The notes under the pieces were generated by a model. That model made no database searches, was not told the origin of the DNA, and saw only the letters and a program-made list of their open reading frames with translations. Positions 1 to 13,294 of a stretch of DNA of 64,000 nt are shown one piece after another. This stretch comes from Mantamonas sphyraenae STR306 (taxonomy: Eukaryota > Protista > CRuMs), in the NCBI GenBank assembly GCA_026936335.1, contig JAPMXV010000055.1, positions 62,001 to 126,000 of the forward strand, in the 5' to 3' direction. A program made the translations under genes and the position numbers. How positions within the stretch are numbered: position 1 is the first letter of the stretch; every line of letters starts with the position of its first letter.

Positions 1-982
1 ACGAGTGGAACGCCGCAAGGTGAGTGGTGGACGTGGGGCGCTGGGGCACACCGCAGGCGCATGCAGGCACACCACGGCCTGTGCACAGCAACAAATGCAA
101 AGGGGCAGGCTCTCACACACACACGCCCACCTCGCAGCAATGGGAACGCTTCGGCGAAGCCAAGGGTGCTCAGGGACCCGAGGACGGTATCACCATGTAC
201 GAGGAGATGGAGGTCTTCCTGGATCTGACCCCAAAGGCAAAGGTAAGCTGCGTGCAGCAACTTGGCCAGTTTCCCAAGAAAAATCTCGCACGGCACGGGT
301 CGTTCGGCGCATGGAACCCTGCTTACTCACACACTCACACACGCTCTCGCGTTGACACGCCGGTTCATGCACCCTTCCTTCCCATGCACAGCTGGTGGAA
401 AAGAAGCCCAGCGAAACGGTGGAGGAGGACAGCGCGACGTTCAACTTGGTCTGCCGTATTTGCGGCGCAAAGGGCGACCACTGGACATCCCGGTGCCCAT
501 TCAAGATGTCGATGGCAGCAGGCGGTCAAGGCGCCTCGGGAGCTTCTGGGGAGACAAAGACGTCGGGCCTGGACCGCTTGGAACGCCTGGCCAGCGGTGG
601 TTCGTCGCTGGATTCGCTCGGTTCTGGCGGCGCCAGCAGCGGCAAGTATGTGCCCCCGTCTGTGCGCAGGGCTCTTGCTGCAGGCATTGATCTCAATGAG
701 CAGCGCCAGAACTCCTGGAAGGAGGAGCGCGACCGCTACACCCTCAAGGTGTCCAACTTTTCCGACGACATCGACGAGGACGACCTCCGCGACATCTTCT
801 CCAAGTTTGGTGGAGTGCAGCGTGCCAAGATTGTGCGTCGCCAGGATAACGGTGCCTCGCGCGGCTTTGGATTTGTCGCATACTACAACGAGGAGGCGTG
901 CAACGCAGCCATCGAGAACCTCGACGGGTACGGTCTGGACTACATGATCCTCAAGGTGGAGTGGGCCAACAAGAAGAACTAA
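1..982 (+). CDS. EIF3G: Eukaryotic translation initiation factor 3 subunit G (5' end outside window); exons <1-19, 138-242, 392-982
   Basis: WERFGEAKG..GPEDGIT eIF3g motif, zinc knuckle CRICGAKGDHWTSRCPF, GKYVPPS motif and C-terminal RRM (SRGFGFVAY, LDGYGLDYMILKVEW). GT-AG introns 20-137 and 243-391 join the frames. Confidence 0.93.
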
Positions 983-1060
983 GAACTGGGCTGCGAGTGG
1001 CGATGGGGGGCCGAATGAGTGAAAACTGCATTGCATTTGTCTCTTCTCTGCACTGCCCTC

Positions 1061-4000
1061 TCACGCGTCGGCTGTGCGTGCAAAGTAGAACTTCAGCAGC
1101 TCGTTCAAATGCTCCCGGTCCAGGTAGTTGGCGTCGTTGACGCGTTTGGTAATGTGCATCATGAGCGCAGATGAGCGGCCGCTGTGCGACTGCAAAAAGT
1201 TGGCCATGGAGGCTTCCTGCGTCTCGCACAGGAACTTGATCAGATCGATGCCCAGTCTGCGCACAACGCCATCGCTGTCGTCCCAACACTCGATGAGCTT
1301 GTTGACGCTGTTGTCCCTCTGTGCACCCTTGCTGTACTGCAGCAGGTGTGCCATCAGGTACATGACGTCCGCCTTGCGTCGCCCTACACCGCGCTTGTCC
1401 AGGCGCAATTTCAGGTAGTCCAGCGTGTTGCGCACGTCCAGCACAAGCTTCTCCGAGCGCCCCTCCTGCGACTGCACCATCAGAATGATGGCCTCGCGCA
1501 CTGCCTGTCGCACCCCACGGTGCGAGTTGTCCAGCATGTTGAGCAATGCCCTCAGCGACACGACAAGTTGTTCGCCAGAAAGGGTGCGCGTGCCTTCCAG
1601 AATGCCGCCCACAAGCTGCAGCGCACGTGTGTGTGTGGCCACCATCATCGTCAGCTGCTGGTTCTTTGTGTTCAGCTCGGCCTGCATCGATTCCTTTTTC
1701 TGCATCATCTCGTCCACTTTGCTGCTGTCAGTGGAGGCCATCTCCAGGGCCCGACGGTGCTCCTCGATGGCATTGTAGTGCTCCGCAGACACAATCGGCA
1801 TGTCCACCAGCGTCGATTGCACGAAAATGCGCGTCTCCATGTACGCAAAGATGTCCGAGCGCAGCTCTTCGGACACGCGCTCACACACGCGCACAAACTC
1901 AAACAGCGTCTCCACGTATTCGTACAGGTCGTCGCGGATGCCATCCAGGCCAATCAGCAGATGAGCAAACACGTTGAGCCTGTGGATGGCGTCCAGATCC
2001 CACGCAGACGCAGGACGCTCCATCTGGTTCTTGATTTCCGTGTCGTACTCCGCAAGCAGACCGTGTGCGATACGCTTGTCCGAACGAAGCAGCGTGTTCA
2101 ACAGCGTCGATGTGTTCATCCCGGGAACTATCAGCTTGGCAAGGGCTGACCGTGTCTGCTCTGCATCCTGGCCACCGAGCCCCGTGCCAAACCCAGCCCT
2201 GCTGCCGCTTCGCCCTCTGCCTGAAGATTCCATGCCATCCGAGCCTGACGAAGCAGAGCTGTTGCTTACCTGCACCTCGTACAAGCCACTTTCGTCTTCC
2301 AGACCGTACAGCGCCACAAACTTGCGGTGCTTGTCAGAAGCAAAGTAGTCCCTGTTGTACGGATCTGCGTCTGCCAACGGGATGCTCACCATGCCCACCT
2401 CGTCGTAGGCAATCGAGTCCTGCTGGAACGGGTCGTGTGCTCCACCCGCAGACCCGGTCGTCTCGTCGTCCACACCCGACATCACGTTGTGCGAACTCAC
2501 GTCCATCATGCGGTGCTTCTTTGCTCCCATGCTCGGCCCAGCCTTGTCATCGCCATCGTTGTCATGATCGCTTGGACCTGCTCCATTGTCTTTGTCCTTT
2601 GCGTCGCCGCCCTTGCTGCTGCTGCTGCCACTGCTGCCACTGTCGCCACTGTGGCCGTCGCCGGTCCCTTCCCCTGGGCGACCGGACGACGAGTGGACGT
2701 GTGCGGCCCGATGCAGCGCCACAACCTCCATGCGCATCTCTTCGGAAAGAGCACCCAGCGAGGCAATGCTGCCACTGATGATGTCTTGCAGAATGGCTTC
2801 GCGGATGGAGTGGTGCGGGTCAGCGAGCAGGATGGCGCAGTAGGACAGGATTTCCTCTTGGGTCAGAAAGGCGGAGAAGATCTTCAGCTGCCGCAGGATG
2901 CGCATGCGCACAGATTTGTCGCGATGGCGCACATCCTGACCAAACTGGGAAATCAGCCGCTGGATGAGTGGGTGTCCTGCTCCAGCCACACCCACAAATT
3001 TGGCGAGGTAAAACTCGCACGCCGAGCGCAGCCCTGGGTCCGACGTCTCCTCCATCAACGTGCCCACAGTGGTGATGTAGTCCGACACCGTTTCCGAACC
3101 TGCAATAAACGCCATGTCACCGACCAGCTCCATAGCCTTCATGCGTGTGGCAATGGGTTCCCGGATGGAGACAATGATGCGTTCGTACTTGCGCACCATG
3201 TGAGTGGCTTTCTCCGGGCAGTGTTTCTTGATGCAGTCGCGCAGCTGGTAGAGACCCGTAAACAGTCCCTCTCCCATGACCAGCTGGCTCAGCAGCCGGT
3301 TGAGGATCTCCAGAAACAATTCACGCGAGAAATCAGAGATGTTTCGCAGGCCCAGAGCACAGGCCATAACCATACTGTGCGAGTTTCGTCCGTTTTCGTT
3401 GGTTAGATTGTACACGAGCAGTTCGATGACGTCCATGGCTGTGCTCTGGTCCACGTTCTTGGCCAGTTCGGACAACACCAAGATGCTGGGCCCTTGCACG
3501 TCGTGCAGCTTGAGGAACTCCTGCAGATGGTACATGATCTCGCCCGTGTCGCTCTGTTCGGGCACACTAAAGTAGTTTTGGATGATGTCTTGCATCTGCG
3601 TGACCAGAAAGGGTGTGATGCCCGTGTAGTCGGGCGTCCACCCACCCAGCGAGCTCGTCTGCACGTCATTGCCATCCTCTCCCTGCATCACACCATCGTC
3701 GGACCTGTTCATGGTGCTACTGCTGCCGCCGCTGCTGGATCCACCCTGACGCAATCGCGCGTCGCGTGCATCCTTGTCGTCGCCGATAGGATTCAGCAAT
3801 CCCGAACGCGCCTTGTGCTTACGGCGAATCCCTGCGTCGATGGCGTCCCATTCACTCTGTGAGCGCTGGTGCGCCGGTGTTTGCAGCGGTTTGAGGTGCT
3901 CCAGCGGCAGCACCTGATCGGACACGGCGTGCGTGCCCAGGCCCATCAGGCCAATTGTGTTTTTCAACGACAAATGGCCCGAGATTTCGCCGTCGTCGTC

Positions 4001-7000
4001 GTCAGCACTAAGCATGCGCGACGCTCGCTGGCGCAAAGTGGGCGTTTGGTAAAGGAAGCGGGCAAAGACACTGCGTGTGAACTTGTGCGCGTCCGCATAC
4101 AGAGGCAGAGCCACCCACAGCGCCTTGGCTGCCTCGCCCTTGCTCAATAGGTTGCTGAGGTTGAGCACGGCGTCCAAGGCAGCGGTACGATACTCGTAGT
4201 AGGAGTGGTGCAGAAAGGGAAGCAGCTCTTGCACAATGTCGTTTGCCACGGACGGGTTCTCCATGGCGCCCATGCTTTGCATGGTGACCACCACCAGGCG
4301 CTTGAGGTCGGAACCGGACATGCGAGAGAGCAACGGATCACCAGCGCGGTCCCACTTGCTCCCTGTGGCGGGCACCAGATCGGTTTTCAGAAAGTCAAAG
4401 TACGACGGCGCCAGCTCCTCGGAGCGCGCCGCAAGCCAAAACACGAGCGGGTACACACGGTTGAGGGTGCTGTACAGCGACAGTTCAGATTGGCAGAGCA
4501 GTTCGCGCATGGCGTCGCGCACTCGCTCCAGAGTGCCTATTGCCAGGAAGCCCGCAGGCATGGTCAAGATGAGTGCCTCTACAATCTCGATGGCAAAACG
4601 CTGCACGTCCACGTCTGGCGACGTTTCCACCAACTCGGTGATCTTGTTGAGACGCTCGCCCAGAAGGTACATGTTGAGCCCGCGCACTTTCAGGGGAATG
4701 AGGTGGCTGATGGTTTGCAACGCCGTGATCTGCTTGGTGGGCGTGCGCGAATGGTCGATGTGGGTGAGCATGGGGTCCAGCATCTCAAAGAGGTCGTAGA
4801 GCCTGCGCAGGTGGGCGTTGTTGTGGAGGGTGCAACAGTACACGGCCGCGTAGCTTGCAGCTGTGCGTGTGTCGTCGTTGCCGCTGCTGAAGGAACGGCG
4901 CAGGAGAAGGAGCATGGAAGTTTTGCGCTCGCCACGCGTAATGGGTGCCAGCTGACGATCCAGTTTGCACATCAAGATGATGTACCAAAACGGGTGGTGC
5001 ACCTCGGGGTCGTTCTGTTCGCGGTGCTTGCCCAGGTCGGCGTACAGCTCGTTGGCAGCCTGCTCGGACTCGAGGGAACGAAATTGGTGGAGAAAGAACG
5101 AGGTGTGCATGTCCACCTTGAGCTTGCAGGCAAGCTCCTCCACAGACGTGTGTTGTGTGTTTGCCCTGTGCAGCGTTCCTGGCCCACTTGCGTTGTGGGG
5201 CGCGTCGGCCGCGGCTTCGGCGTCGCCACGCGAGACGATTTCCACAGAGGTTTGCAGCACGACGCTGTTTGCGATGGAATCGAAGCAGGCGAGCTTGTCG
5301 AGGACGTTCTGGGAACAGAGACAGTCTGTGCGCTCATCCAACAAGCTCTTGACCTCGTCGTCCAGGGTGCACTGTTGGAGAGAGGCGAGAATGGCAGCAA
5401 CACAGTCGGGATCGGTGTCACCCAGGCACAGAAAGAGCAGGGAGACGACCTTGGCCATGAGGGTGTCTGTGTTCCAGAAGCGATGGCACTCGCCAAACAT
5501 CTGGTAGACGGTGCGCCGAATGGCCGGGGAGTGGTGAAAGACCATGAGGGAGAGTGCATCGAGCAGCTCGTTGAGTTTGCTCTCCTGAAGCAGTTGGAAA
5601 GGCAGCGAGGCGATCGTCTGCACAATGGTTTGCAGCAGGTCGAGGTCACGCTCATTCTCCAGCAGATAACGAAAGTAGGCTTCGATGCCGTTGAGTTCGT
5701 GGGTGCTGATGCCTGTGAGAAGGTTGGCGATGCTGCGAAAGACGAGGGCAGCCTCCTGACGGATGAGCGGGTCTTGATCACGCAGGTGCGGCAGCAGAGA
5801 GTTGATAAACACAAAGTCGACCGACTCGACTTTACGCGCCCAGATATGCACGAGCTGGAGCTGGCGGACCTTTTGCTTGGTGCCCAGAAACTCAATGGAA
5901 TTGGCCATGGTTTGCAGGGTAGCCAGTGACATGGGAGGGCTGTGCGCAATGGCCACTTCGAGCACGTGCAGGAGCATCTTGTCTGCATGGACAGAGGTCT
6001 GGGAAATGCGTGGCGGGAAGCCTCCTGCATCACCGACATTGTCATCTCCACTTGAGGTTGTGCCCTTGCCCGAGGTGACACTTACTGACACGGACAGATG
6101 GCGTGTGGCTGCACGGTCGCCCGCGAGCGCTTGACGCGGCTCGTCAAAGAACGGGTTTGCCGTGTCATTGGGCGAGAAGCGAAAGCGGAGAAAGTCGTCG
6201 ATAAGGGGATAGAGGTCGTGCAGCTGCTCGATGTCTGCCACGGAGCGCAGCATGGTGAGATAGAGGGAGGATGTGTTGTAATCGACCTCGAGGCAGCCGG
6301 ATACGACGTACGTAAAGAGGGATGCGTCCTGCTTGACGAGGCCTGGACACACTGAGATTGCAGCATAGAGGCACAAGGCGGCGCCGTAGCGGACAAGGGA
6401 GGAGGTGGCGCGCAAGTGGTTGGACAGAGACTCGACAAGGGTGCGTAGAGGCATGTGGACGTCGTCGATAGGGATGGCAAAGTCTGGGTTGATGGACGGG
6501 AGTGGCCGGGCAATCAACTGGCGCTGAATGTGTGCCGTCAGGGCTTCAGAAGCCAGACTGCGGCGCCTGCTTTCGGTGTCGTACAGAGGCAAAGATGAAT
6601 CACCACTGTTGGATGAAGAGGCGGAGGCGGAGGCGGAGGAGGAGGAGGAGGAGAGGAGTTGAGAGGCTGGGGTGAAGGAGAGCTGCGAAAAGGCATGGAT
6701 GGCCCAGAGGAGGAGGTCGTAGTTGTGTTCGTTCTGTGCAGAGATGAGGTTGCGGAAGCTGGTGTACATGTCGGCGATGTAGGAGGATGCGTCGTCGGAG
6801 GAGACGGCATCCAGAAAGATACCCAGGATGGTCTCTTTGATGGCGCGTACGTCACGTGGGGTCTTGTTAGGCAGTCCCATGAGGTGGAGAACAATCTGGA
6901 GGGTGAGTTCCCGGTCTCTGCTGGTGTACACTGGGCTGAGCAGGGAGAGGGCCTTGCAGATGGCGATGCGCTCGCCGGCGGCTGAGTACCAACGCTGGGC

Positions 7001-7962
7001 ACCCGAGTTGAGCTGTGGAGCTTCGTCGAGAAGGAAGAACAGGTTCCAGATAGCAGCGAGGTTGTCGACGTCGACAAACTGGTCCCTGTTCTCGTAAATG
7101 ATGCGTGTGATGGCTGTGATGGCGACTTCGCGAACCGCAGCCTCGGGATGCATGTACAGGCTCTCAAGGCCGGCGACGATGCCGACGGCCATGAAGGAGA
7201 GGGCGTCGTTGATGAAGTGGAAGAGGCTGTGGATGGGCATGTGGAAGCCTGCGAGTGTGGGGCGGGTGGGGGGGGGTTTCGTGCGAGCCGAGTCAGCGGG
7301 TCTGTGGCGCGCAACGTCGGTGCCAGCACGGCCTCCATGATGGGCAAATACGCAGTCCAGTGGATCACAGGGATGGACGGACACATGCACGGGGAGAGTC
7401 GTGGTCCAAAGGGACGGGTCACGAGTCTGGGAAGACAGGAGGAAGGGCGAGTGGTGGGGAAGAGGCAAGCCGGCAACGGTCGTTGAACAAACGCACCTTC
7501 TTCGCCAAACTGGAAGGCGAGGGCGATGGCCTTGCTCTCCGCAACGAGGCTCTTGTCCAGTAAGAGGCTCTTGTCAAACACGGTGCTCAGCTGCATGAGC
7601 AGCGAGGCACATCTGCAGGCGGGGTGGGCGCGGGAAGCGGGAGGTGTGAGCCAAGGATCGACTGGCAGGCGGGCAGCAGATGGACGAGGCAGCAACACAC
7701 CGTTGGCGGATGGAGCTGCGGTAGTGAGCCAGGTTTGGGATGAGCTTGATGCAATACTGGACGACAATACCCTCGATGACATCCTCGATGAGGAGACCAT
7801 CATCGAGGCCTTGACGTCGCCGTCCGTATTGTCTTCAAAGAACTCCTGAACCTCCATGAGCCACACCTTGACGCCCGGGATGTGACGCTGAGCAAAGGCA
7901 AAGCGCACATTCTCGTGCTGTTTGAACGAGGGGGAAGGCGTGGAGCGGTAGCCTGCCTGCAT
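1061..7962 (-). CDS. Large (~2200 aa) HEAT/ARM-repeat alpha-solenoid protein, function unknown
   Basis: 2135-aa ORF with many HEAT-like units (LYMHPEAAVREVAI, LRDQDPLIRQEAA, LDNSHRGVRQAVR, WDDSDGVVRRLG). The 5' exons between ~7250 and 7962 are inferred from GT-AG introns plus one apparent indel near 7810, so the start is approximate. Confidence 0.75.
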
Positions 7963-8155
7963 CTCTCGTGTTCGAGGTTTGGTTGCAGGCACCAGCGTGC
8001 GTGAAAGGGTTGGAAGAGGAGGTGATGGAGGAGGAAGGGGAGAGAGGTGATGGAGGGATGGCGGTGGGGGAACAAGGAAGGCAGGCGAGGACAGACGCAT
8101 GCGGAGGACCAGGAGCGGCCGTCGAGGCAACGTGTTCAGTTCTTGCAAGACAATC

Positions 8156-9650
8156 ATGTCGCAGGAGAAGGAGTTTCGAGCGGGTCTGGTGCACACCTAC
8201 TTTGCACAATGCAAACACTTTATGGTGGAGCCGCGGATGTTTATTGCTGAGGAGCTGGAGAACGGGCTGGAGAGCGAGTAAGTTGGGGCTGGCGAGTGCC
8301 ACGCGCCTGGAGACGGATGCGAGGAGAAGAGAGGTGCGAGATGGAGTACGAGAGCAAACGGCAGATAGGCCGGTGGAGCTAAAGGGAGGAGCGGCATGGT
8401 TTTGGGGAAATGCGGAGAAAGAGGAGAGGCTGGACGAGGGCTGCAACGGTCGGCTGACTCGGAAGCGGTACACAGGCATGGGATCGAGCATCTGGATTTG
8501 CGTGGGTCGCGCAAAGAGCTGTTCAACGAGCGCATTGGTGACATGGAGGTGCTTGCTCTGGCAGAAACGCTGAACAACGAGGAGACGCTGTTGTCGCTGG
8601 ACCTGAGCCGAAATCGGCTGGGCAACAACGGAGCCAAGGCGCTGGCACGGCTGCTGAAGAACAACACATGGATCCAGTTCCTGGACGTGTCACACAACGA
8701 CATCGAAGAGGGCGGATGCGTAGCGCTTGCAGAAGTGCTGGAAAAGAACACGACTCTGCGGTCGCTGAAGTTGGCTGGAAACCAGCTCGGCAAATCGTCG
8801 CAGTTCTTGGCCAAGATGCTGACTGTGAACGAAACCCTGGAGGAATTGGACATTGGAGACACGGGCATGGACACAGAGACTCTGATTGCACTGGCGACGG
8901 TGCTGGGAAGCGCCCAGACGGGTCTAAAGGTAGGTTTTCGGGCGAGTCCCGGCTCACGTCACCGACGAGGCCGAGGAGGCGAGACGGCATTGGAGGCATT
9001 GGATGGGTGCGCTGACACATTCCAACACGCCGGTTCATGACGATGGCCACGAGCAGAAGCTGGATATCAGTCGCCCCATGTTGTTTTCACTGGAAGAAGA
9101 GACGACGCTGCACATGGGCCGAGCCCTTTGGGTGAACGAGAGCCTGGTGTCGCTGAACATGAGCAAACATGGGATGCGAGACGAAGGGATCGGGACGTTG
9201 CTGCACCTGATGCGGGAGAACTACACGCTTGCGGAGCTGGTGCTGACGGCAAACAAGATCAGCCAGGACGGAGCGGAGACACTGGGCAAGTATTTGGGTG
9301 GGAACCCACCGCTTCTGCACCTGGATCTGTCACACAACCGCATCTGCGACGACGGAGCGATTGCACTGGCCGAGGGTCTGCGCACAAACTCGACACTGTT
9401 GGAGTTGAACCTGAACGGGTGCGAGATTGGCGACGATGGCCTTGCTGCGTTGGCCGAGAGCCTGTTTGAGAACACGACGCTGGAACGAATGACGCTTTGG
9501 GGCGACAACACCTTTGGGCCTGCATCCTCAGATGCATTTGGCCTGCTGCTGGAGAAGCGAAGCGGCGAAGTGAGCACCGATCTGGCCGTGTTTGTAGTGG
9601 ACGACAACTTCCAGGTGGTGCGTCAGAACGAAGAAGTCGAGCGATGCTAG
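8156..9650 (+). CDS. LRRC34: Leucine-rich repeat protein 34-like (RNI-type LRR); exons 8156-8277, 8476-8929, 9057-9650
   Basis: RI-like LRRs (LDLSRNRLGNNGAKALA). The segment RPMLFSLEEETTLHMGRAL..LNMSKH and the C-terminal TLWGDN..TDLAVFVVD resemble LRRC34. Both GT-AG introns keep the frame. Confidence 0.8.
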
Positions 9651-9719
9651 AGTGCCTGCTGTGCTGCAAGCAAGGTGAGAGCGGGAAGAAGTGTGCCAGG
9701 ATGCACACGAGTGGATCCA

Positions 9720-11135
9720 ATGGAATTTTCTGTGGTTGGTCGCTCGTCGTCATCGTCTTCGTCCTCCTCATCCTCGACGGCATCTTCGTCGACTTTGTCA
9801 TCGTCATCATCCTCGGCGATGAGGAGGACGAGTCGTGGAGGTGGGGTTCGAAAGCAGCAGGGATCACTGGCAAGCGGTGGGAGCAGCCGCAAGAAGGGAA
9901 GCAAGACCACCGCGTCGTCGTCTTCAAGCAAGACAAGCAAGCCGAAGACGGGGTCACGCTCGAGCACAAGCACAAGCAAGAGCAACTTTCGAGGGAAGCG
10001 GGACCCATTCTCGCGAGAAAACATCCGCTTCAGCGCGATGGCAACGCAGACGGGGGTGAGTTTTCCCGATTTCCGTTACGAGACGCGGGAAGCGACTCAC
10101 GCACAAAACCGGTGGATGTACGTGGCGACGCAGAAGACAACCATCAATGCAGCAGCGCTCCAGGATCACTTTGCACGAAATCTGAATCTGGGCGGTGTGT
10201 ATGGAAGCCAAAAGGGGCGGAGGCGGCGAGTGCGTGTGGAGGAGCGGGATCTTTCGACGCTGAGCGACCACGAAATCGTAGAGGAGATCCAAGCACGGAG
10301 CAGCGAGCACGTGCGGTCGTTGGCTTTGGACGCAAACACACTGGAAGAGTACCAGCAGAGCTTGACGATGGCAGAAAAGTACGGATTGGTGATGCCGCCT
10401 CCGCCGCCGGATCCGAAGCTGAGCAACGACGAGTGGCTTGCAGCGTTGGAACGGGCCAACGACAGGCAGGTGCACGACGAACCGTGTCCCATTTGCCTCG
10501 AGGAGTTTCGAGACGAGGAGCAGGTGCTGTTGTCATGCACACACGTGTTCCACCGTGCGTGTCTGCGCAGCTTCGAGCGACACACGCGGTCGCAGACGTG
10601 CCCGTTGTGCCGCAAGGAGAAGTACCAGAAGAAAGTGGTGCACGAAGGGGCACGTAGATACAGGGATCGGTGTGCACTGGTGATCCAGCGCATGTGGCGG
10701 GGTCATGTTGCGCGCAAGCTGTACAAAGAACTGAAACGCACGACGGTGCCAAAGGACCCGGAAAAGCGACGGGAGTTTTACGCCGAGCGACTGGGAGAGG
10801 CCAGCGACCGGCTATTTGACCAACTGGACGCAGAGCGGGTGGCCTTGGACGCGTTTCTGGAGGAGCTGGACCGGAGTGTGGCCAGCAGCAAGAGGGTGTT
10901 TTCGCAGACCGAGACTGCTTGGCAAGAGGCGGAGAGCAAGGCGAGAGAGCGAGGCGACGACGAATGTCCCATCTGCATTGCACCTCTGGATGAGCGCAGC
11001 ACCGTGCTGCTTAGCTGCTCGCACGTGTTCCATGCCCAGTGTGTGGCTGCGTTTGAAAAGTACACGGTCGAAGGCGACGGCAATACGTGTCCTGTGTGTC
11101 GCTCGGCCTATGTGAAGCGCTCCTTCACCGTTTAG
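9720..11135 (+). CDS. RNF32: RING finger protein 32-like (RING-H2 + IQ + RING-H2); start codon uncertain (9720 or 10038)
   Basis: LTMAEKYGLVMPPPP..LSNDEW, CPICLEEF..VLLSCTHVFHRACLRSFE..TCPLCRK, IQ motif IQRMWRGHVARK and a second RING: the RNF32 architecture. Confidence 0.88.
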   Translation: MEFSVVGRSSSSSSSSSSSTASSSTLSSSSSSAMRRTSRGGGVRKQQGSLASGGSSRKKGSKTTASSSSSKTSKPKTGSRSSTSTSKSNFRGKRDPFSRENIRFSAMATQTGVSFPDFRYETREATHAQNRWMYVATQKTTINAAALQDHFARNLNLGGVYGSQKGRRRRVRVEERDLSTLSDHEIVEEIQARSSEHVRSLALDANTLEEYQQSLTMAEKYGLVMPPPPPDPKLSNDEWLAALERANDRQVHDEPCPICLEEFRDEEQVLLSCTHVFHRACLRSFERHTRSQTCPLCRKEKYQKKVVHEGARRYRDRCALVIQRMWRGHVARKLYKELKRTTVPKDPEKRREFYAERLGEASDRLFDQLDAERVALDAFLEELDRSVASSKRVFSQTETAWQEAESKARERGDDECPICIAPLDERSTVLLSCSHVFHAQCVAAFEKYTVEGDGNTCPVCRSAYVKRSFTV

Positions 11136-11489
11136 GAGTCGTTCTTTGTAAATTTCTCTTTCAGGTCCTTCAGTTTTGTGGCTGTGTCTTCCGTGAGTGC
11201 TGCGCCACGCTCAAGGACCCCACCGACGGCCTTGCCTCCGTCCTCCTTGAGTGAGATCCCTGCGTCACGCACACGGTCAATGCCACCCAACACAGCGTCG
11301 TGTGCTGCCTTTCCTGCTTCCAGGGTGTCCTTCTTGGCTTGCTGGACGGCGCCGGAGATGCGTTCGGCGCGTTCGTCCGCTCGATTTTTTTTGATCCCAA
11401 TATCTCCGGTCCCGCGTGTACTCCACAAACACAATGGCGATGGAAAACAAACCCACCGCCACGGCGGTGGGCGTGTTGAACTTGACCAT
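11132..11489 (-). CDS. Small protein with N-terminal hydrophobic helix and LEA-like/amphipathic tail; needs removal of one base in the A8 run at 11385-11392
   Basis: MVKFNTPTAVAVGLFSIAIVFVEYTRDRRYWDQK joins NRADERAERISGAVQQAKKDTLEAG..KNDS if the homopolymer is 7 rather than 8 long. The stop codon overlaps the RNF32 stop. Confidence 0.5.
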
Positions 11490-11534
11490 GCAGTTTGTTG
11501 GGGTTGTGCGGCACGCGCAGCAACGCAAACGGCG

Positions 11535-13145
11535 ATGGAGAAGGCACTGGAGCAATTGCACAACTGGGTGCTGGATGAGAATAAGGTGGTGACATGTGCG
11601 GCTGTGTCGCGGCAGCTGCAGGTGACGCCGCGGCTGGCGAAAAAGTAAGGGACGGGCGCGAGACGCGCGAAAAGCAGAGAGCTCGAGATTGGCTGACGCG
11701 CAAGAGAGGACACAGACTGCTGTACGCGTTTGCGGAGCGCAACAAGGACGAGGTGTCTGCGTTGTACTACGTGGCAGGCATGGAAACGGGAAAGCACGGA
11801 GCACCGACGCGCGTGGTGCGTCTGGTGTCCGACCTGGCGAGTAGGTGATCAGAACGCGCGGGAAAATGGCGCGCTTTTTTGGCTGACACGCGTGAGGGTT
11901 GTGCACAGAGGTGAAGGAGCGTCTGGACCGCACATTCAGCGTCCACGTGTACAGTGTGCAGAAGAGTGTGCCGCGCACCGACGAGGTTCTATACAATGCA
12001 GATGTGGAGATCAAGCGTGCACTCCGCAAGCAGTACGCGGCCTCGGACGCAAAGTCGTCGTGGGGTCTGATCGAGACACCCGAGCTGAGCGAACGCACGT
12101 TCTCCACCAAGGCCTTGCCTGCCTCGCCAAGCAAGTACTCCAACAAGGGCGCGCTGCCGAGCCTGGCGGGCCTGCAGAGTTCGCGGCAACGAGCCAAAGC
12201 GGGCGATGCCAAAAAGCCGCAGCGCAGTGCAAGTGACATGTTTGCGGCTGCATCTGTGAGCAAGTCCAAGGCCAAGAACAAGGTTGCCGTGGCCGTGGTG
12301 TCTGCCTCTGGATCAGGCAGCGCAGCCAAGGCGAGCAAACCGGCCAAGGCAAACTCGATGGAGTCGTTTCTGAGTCAGGCCCACGCCAAGGCTAAGCAGC
12401 AGACCACCAACAGTGGAGGCAACAGTGGAGGCAAAAAGAAGAAGCGGCTCGTCAAGGTGGTGTACGATGGCGAGGAGCTCGCAGTCGGATCGAGCAAGGC
12501 AGGTAGCAAGAAGAGCACAGCCAAGGCCGACGAGCAGCTGGTGGCACACGCAAAGCAGCAGCGCAAAAAGAGAAAGGCCATCCTGGACGACGACGACGAC
12601 GACGATGATGATGACAACGACAACGACAACGACCGCGGCCAAGAAACCACCCCAGCGGAGGAAGCAAAGGCCGCCAAGACCGCAAAGGAGGACGACGTGA
12701 ACGTGGTGCATGATGCCAAGCGTGCACGAGTGGAGGAGAAGGAAGCAGGAAGCAGCGGGTCTGCAAAGGAACAAGATTCGAGCAGCAGCAAGGCCAAACA
12801 GGAACAACAGGCACAGGAGCAGGCGGCGGTTATGGATGTGGAGCCTTCGTCGCCTTTGGAGGAAAAGATCAAGCGCGAGAGGGTGCAAGTGAAGCGTCGC
12901 AGCGTGGATGCAGACGGATACACGGTGACCAAGCGCGTGTGGGTGTGGAAATACGAAGACGGGCGTGAGGAAGAGTGTGAAGCCCCGTCCAAGCAGCAGA
13001 TGTCCAGCAAGAGCAACGCAGCAAAGACAGGTGCAGGTGCAAACACTGCGAGAAGCCCAAGGTGGTTGTAGCTGCTGGTGGTGGTGTCTCGCAGGACAAG
13101 CCCATGAAACAACGCGGGATCGCCAGTTTCTTTGGCGGCCGCTGA
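11535..13145 (+). CDS. POLD3: DNA polymerase delta subunit 3 (Cdc27/Pol32/p66); two 5' introns, apparent indel near 13050
   Basis: N-terminal winged-helix region (WVLDENKVVT..VSRQLQV..AK; SVHVYSVQ), low-complexity middle, VDADGYTVTKRVW motif, and C-terminal PIP box KQRGIASFFGGR* in the adjacent frame. Confidence 0.85.
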
Positions 13146-13294
13146 GCCAAAGAAAACACATGCAGGATTACAAACATGGAATGAACCACGCGTCCAAAGA
13201 GACGATGGAAACACGACGTAGAGTGGTTGCGCGGGAGGGGCGATGGACCCCAAAGAGGACCTCTGCGGAATCGGGCTTCGCCGTGAAACGCACT

